NCBI GenBank assembly: GCA_020536535.1
Contig: JAHLWZ010000856.1
Coordinates: 7,677 to 71,676 of the forward strand
Direction of reading: 5' to 3'
Length of the DNA stretch: 64,000 nt
From: Pelomyxa schiedti
Lineage: Eukaryota; Protista; Evosea
Each line of letters starts with the position of its first letter. Position 1 is the stretch's first letter. Under the pieces are notes generated by a model. The model saw only the letters and a list, made by a program, of their open reading frames with translations, was not told the origin of the DNA and searched no databases. Below, one piece after another: positions 61,200 through 64,000 of the stretch. The translations under genes and the position numbers were made by a program.

Positions 61200-64000
61200 G
61201 GATGTTCTGATAGAGATTGCTGGTTGTGTTGTGATCGATTCTAATATCATTAAGCTATGCTTCCTGTGCACGCAATATGTAAGGTATCAGCATCTAATCT
61301 CAGTACAAACTCAACTCCTTCTACAATGGTTGGGCAAACAAACTGAGGTGCAGTTCTAACAATAAACACAGGCTGATGGCTCAATGAGAACATTTTTATA
61401 CTCACCCTCAACAAAAATCGTGGAGTAATCTATGTACATGTTAGTTGACTACATTACCACGGCTATATTTCTAACATGCTAATATAGTGTTTCTGTTGAT
61501 GTACTTAGTAGGGACACATTTGTGGAGTGAAGAAAGTGCCCATCGCACTGTTGATGAAAAGAACAATAGTTTACTGATGGACATTCCAATATCATGTACT
61601 TGTGGTTCCCTTCCAGAGAATTGTGAACTTGTACCTTACATCCAAGGTTTTACCATATGTTCCATACACAATCCAATTTACCCCAAATAGATGCACAATG
61701 TTGCTTTTGGGACCAGTGAGGTGAGGACATAATAATACTCCCAATTACTGAAATGGTAAAAACCCCACCAATTTTGATAGCATTTATCCCCCATTTCTTT
61801 TAATACTTTCCAGAGAGAAATTGTTGGTAAAAGGTGTGAACACTAGTGTATTAACCTTAAGAGTTTCTCTCACATCATGCTAATTAATTCATTCATGGAA
61901 ATGATGTGGAGTTTCTCTTTAGGTCAACACACCAGTGTTCACACCTATACCCCCCACTATGTAACAATTTCTCTCTGGAAAGTATTAAAAGAAATGGTTT
62001 GTTTTTTCATAAAAACTTGCTTGCAAGAGAGACCTCTGCTTGTGGCACTATCAATGGAATCCTCTTCCTTTGTTATTGAATTAAAGAAACAAAGATTAAA
62101 AGACCACCAACCTTGATTCCTTTTCTTTTGTGTTCATTCTACCTTATGCTGAGCAAGGTCTTTTTGAAAAACAAGATTAGAGTAATGACTATAAAACAAA
62201 CCTTAAGTTGTGGAATTTGGTGACCAGGTACTCCTTGCAAGAGGTGAATTTCATTTATGTAATAAATCAAGGATCCTTCAGGGCATGATCCCCAGTTTCA
62301 CAGGATCTTCTGGTGAATGGTTAACCTTCTTCTTCAAAGAGGGCACTGATCAGTACCAGCTTGAATAAATGTGAAGGAATGCAGTTTTCAAAAATGGAAC
62401 CAAAAGCATCAAAGCAATGCTTTCTAACTTAGAAATTGAATGGAATCTGGAGGCCTAGAATTGTTTAGATTAGACAGGATTTTTTTCAGCATTGGCTTCA
62501 AGACCTTTTCTTGTCATTGCTGTTGTGGGAATGCTTGTGCAATGTAGATGAGTGTTTGTTATGTAGGTTGCAACAACACAATGCAAACAACAATGAAATG
62601 TGTTGTCAGAGAGCAAGTTCCAAGAATCATCAGGAAACATAGTTCAGGACAGAGCCAGTCATTCACAGGAATGGCTGGAGTGTTCATTCTCATGGCCTTT
62701 CCTTGAATCACCCGCTGTTGTACCACAGAAAGATTATCAATAGGAATAATAACAAAAATAATTCTTCTTGATAGACACTATCACACACACAACTCAAATG
62801 GGAATGAGTCCTATCAGTGTTGGGGGTCAAATAACTCCAATTTCTTGGTTTTTGACATAACGATGCGACAATTTAGATTGTAACGAAATCTGTTACTAAC
62901 ATGTCCGGAGCCAAGGTTTTAACGCTTTCGGGGTTGTTTTTGCTGAGGTGCTGTGGCAGTGTCCTTGGGAATGGGTGCCACTTGTGAAGCAAAGAAGAAC
63001 TGTTTTTGTTGTTTCCATGTTTCCAGTTTTTGCAGCCCAGTCAGAGATGGCTTTCCTTCATGCGCAGATGACTTTCCTGCAAGCTGTAGGTCTGTGTCAG
63101 TGAGATGCAGTGCAGCTTGTAATGTCAGCAGCAATTCAGAAGAGAAATGAGAAATCCCCAGATATGCTATAAACAGTTAAAACAAAAAAAAAACTGTGGT
63201 ACCTACCCTTTTTTTGTGGTTTTAGCACTGAAGTTGTTGTGGTTGTCACAGAAGGTGGAGTGTAAGGTTCTTCTTGAACAGCTGGTAGGAGTTGTATGTC
63301 ATCTCTTAGAGGTGGTGGAGCTATTGGTACCACACAGCAAGAGGAACTGTATGTTTTGGTGGGGGAAATTGGAATTCCACAAGGAGTAATCTCTTCTATG
63401 GTGAAGCAAGACCATACATTTTCTGCAAAAACTCAGAAAAGAAACTCTGCTCTTCAGTGACACAAGAATAAAACAACAGCTTTTTTTCAGCTGCTTTCAG
63501 TTGGTCATATATGACCAATGAGCAGCCACCATGAGCACACCTTCAGTCAATTCATGCACTTCTTTCTGAGTTGATGCATAAAATGTATGGTCACACTTGT
63601 TCTAGAAGGTTCCAACAGCCACATGGTCCAGAGTATTGGGGGGACCACTTTTCAACGCAGCCAAGCTTGAGGATTATCAACGGCAGCTGCTTGTGCTAGC
63701 CCCGCCATGTGATATTTACTCTCGGCCTCCATTTCCAGTAACCATCACGAATCTACAAGTCAAGATCAGATCTCTCACCCCCGAGATGATCAGATTCCTC
63801 CGACTCAGTGAGTTCGTGTACTTTATGGAAGTACACAGTATTAGCACGTCAAGCTAAACATCAAAAACTTTGTGCTAAGGTGCTGAAACAAACACAATTA
63901 GAAGACCAACATCACTTTGAAAAGCCAGTTCTTCATGCACTGAGGTATGCCAATATTGTGGGATCAACAGCCAAAACCTTCACTGTTAAGAATATGAGAG
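61200..64000. other. Decayed, CpG-depleted region without a recognisable intact gene (probable TE or pseudogene relic)
   Basis: Only short stop-interrupted ORFs, near-absence of CpG, and an embedded foldback. Confidence 0.45.
61791..61997. repeat. ~207-bp foldback (MITE-like) with perfect 35-bp outer arms
   Basis: ccatttcttttaatactttccagagagaaattgtt (61791-61825) is the exact reverse complement of 61963-61997. Inner arms ggtgtgaacactagtgt / acaccagtgttcacacc pair with one mismatch. Confidence 0.75.

Noticed and set aside
62200-64000. Transposase or reverse-transcriptase identity for the right-end relic
   Set aside because: No DDE or YxDD motif could be recognised in the fragments; the identity is left open.

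Overview
This is a gene-dense eukaryotic genomic window with about 27 protein-coding genes, most split by many short (~40-110 nt) GT-AG introns and separated by only ~50-500 bp. Intron style, gene content and an 'SHxRCGxxSPA' family ORF suggest an amoebozoan, probably an archamoeba such as Pelomyxa (inference from recall, not checked). Recognisable housekeeping genes include eIF4A, a divergent eEF1A, cyclin B, RNase H2B, ALG5, importin-alpha-like, TTC7/YPP1, DHHC PAT, ArfGAP, F-BAR/SH3, an RNF126-like ligase, Ras, Rho, a MEKK-alpha-like kinase, CLC and a sugar porter. Points of interest: (1) a class IV sirtuin fused to a CAP-C-like beta-helix and a beta-thymosin/WH2 motif, a candidate actin-binding deacylase; (2) a C1 (DAG-type) zinc finger fused to a DCN1 neddylation domain; (3) three intron-containing genes of bacterial type (AnmK, an atypical MtnA-like isomerase, a stand-alone V4R-type sensor); (4) an accessory island of two MITE-like foldbacks followed by an intronless GBP-like GTPase with a Cys-rich C-terminus; (5) Ras, Rho, eEF1A and CLC paralogs with altered key motifs; (6) an ATF6-like membrane-tethered bZIP; (7) a CpG-free decayed region with a foldback at the right end. 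Multi-exon genes are given as start-to-stop spans assembled by eye, so some ends are approximate.
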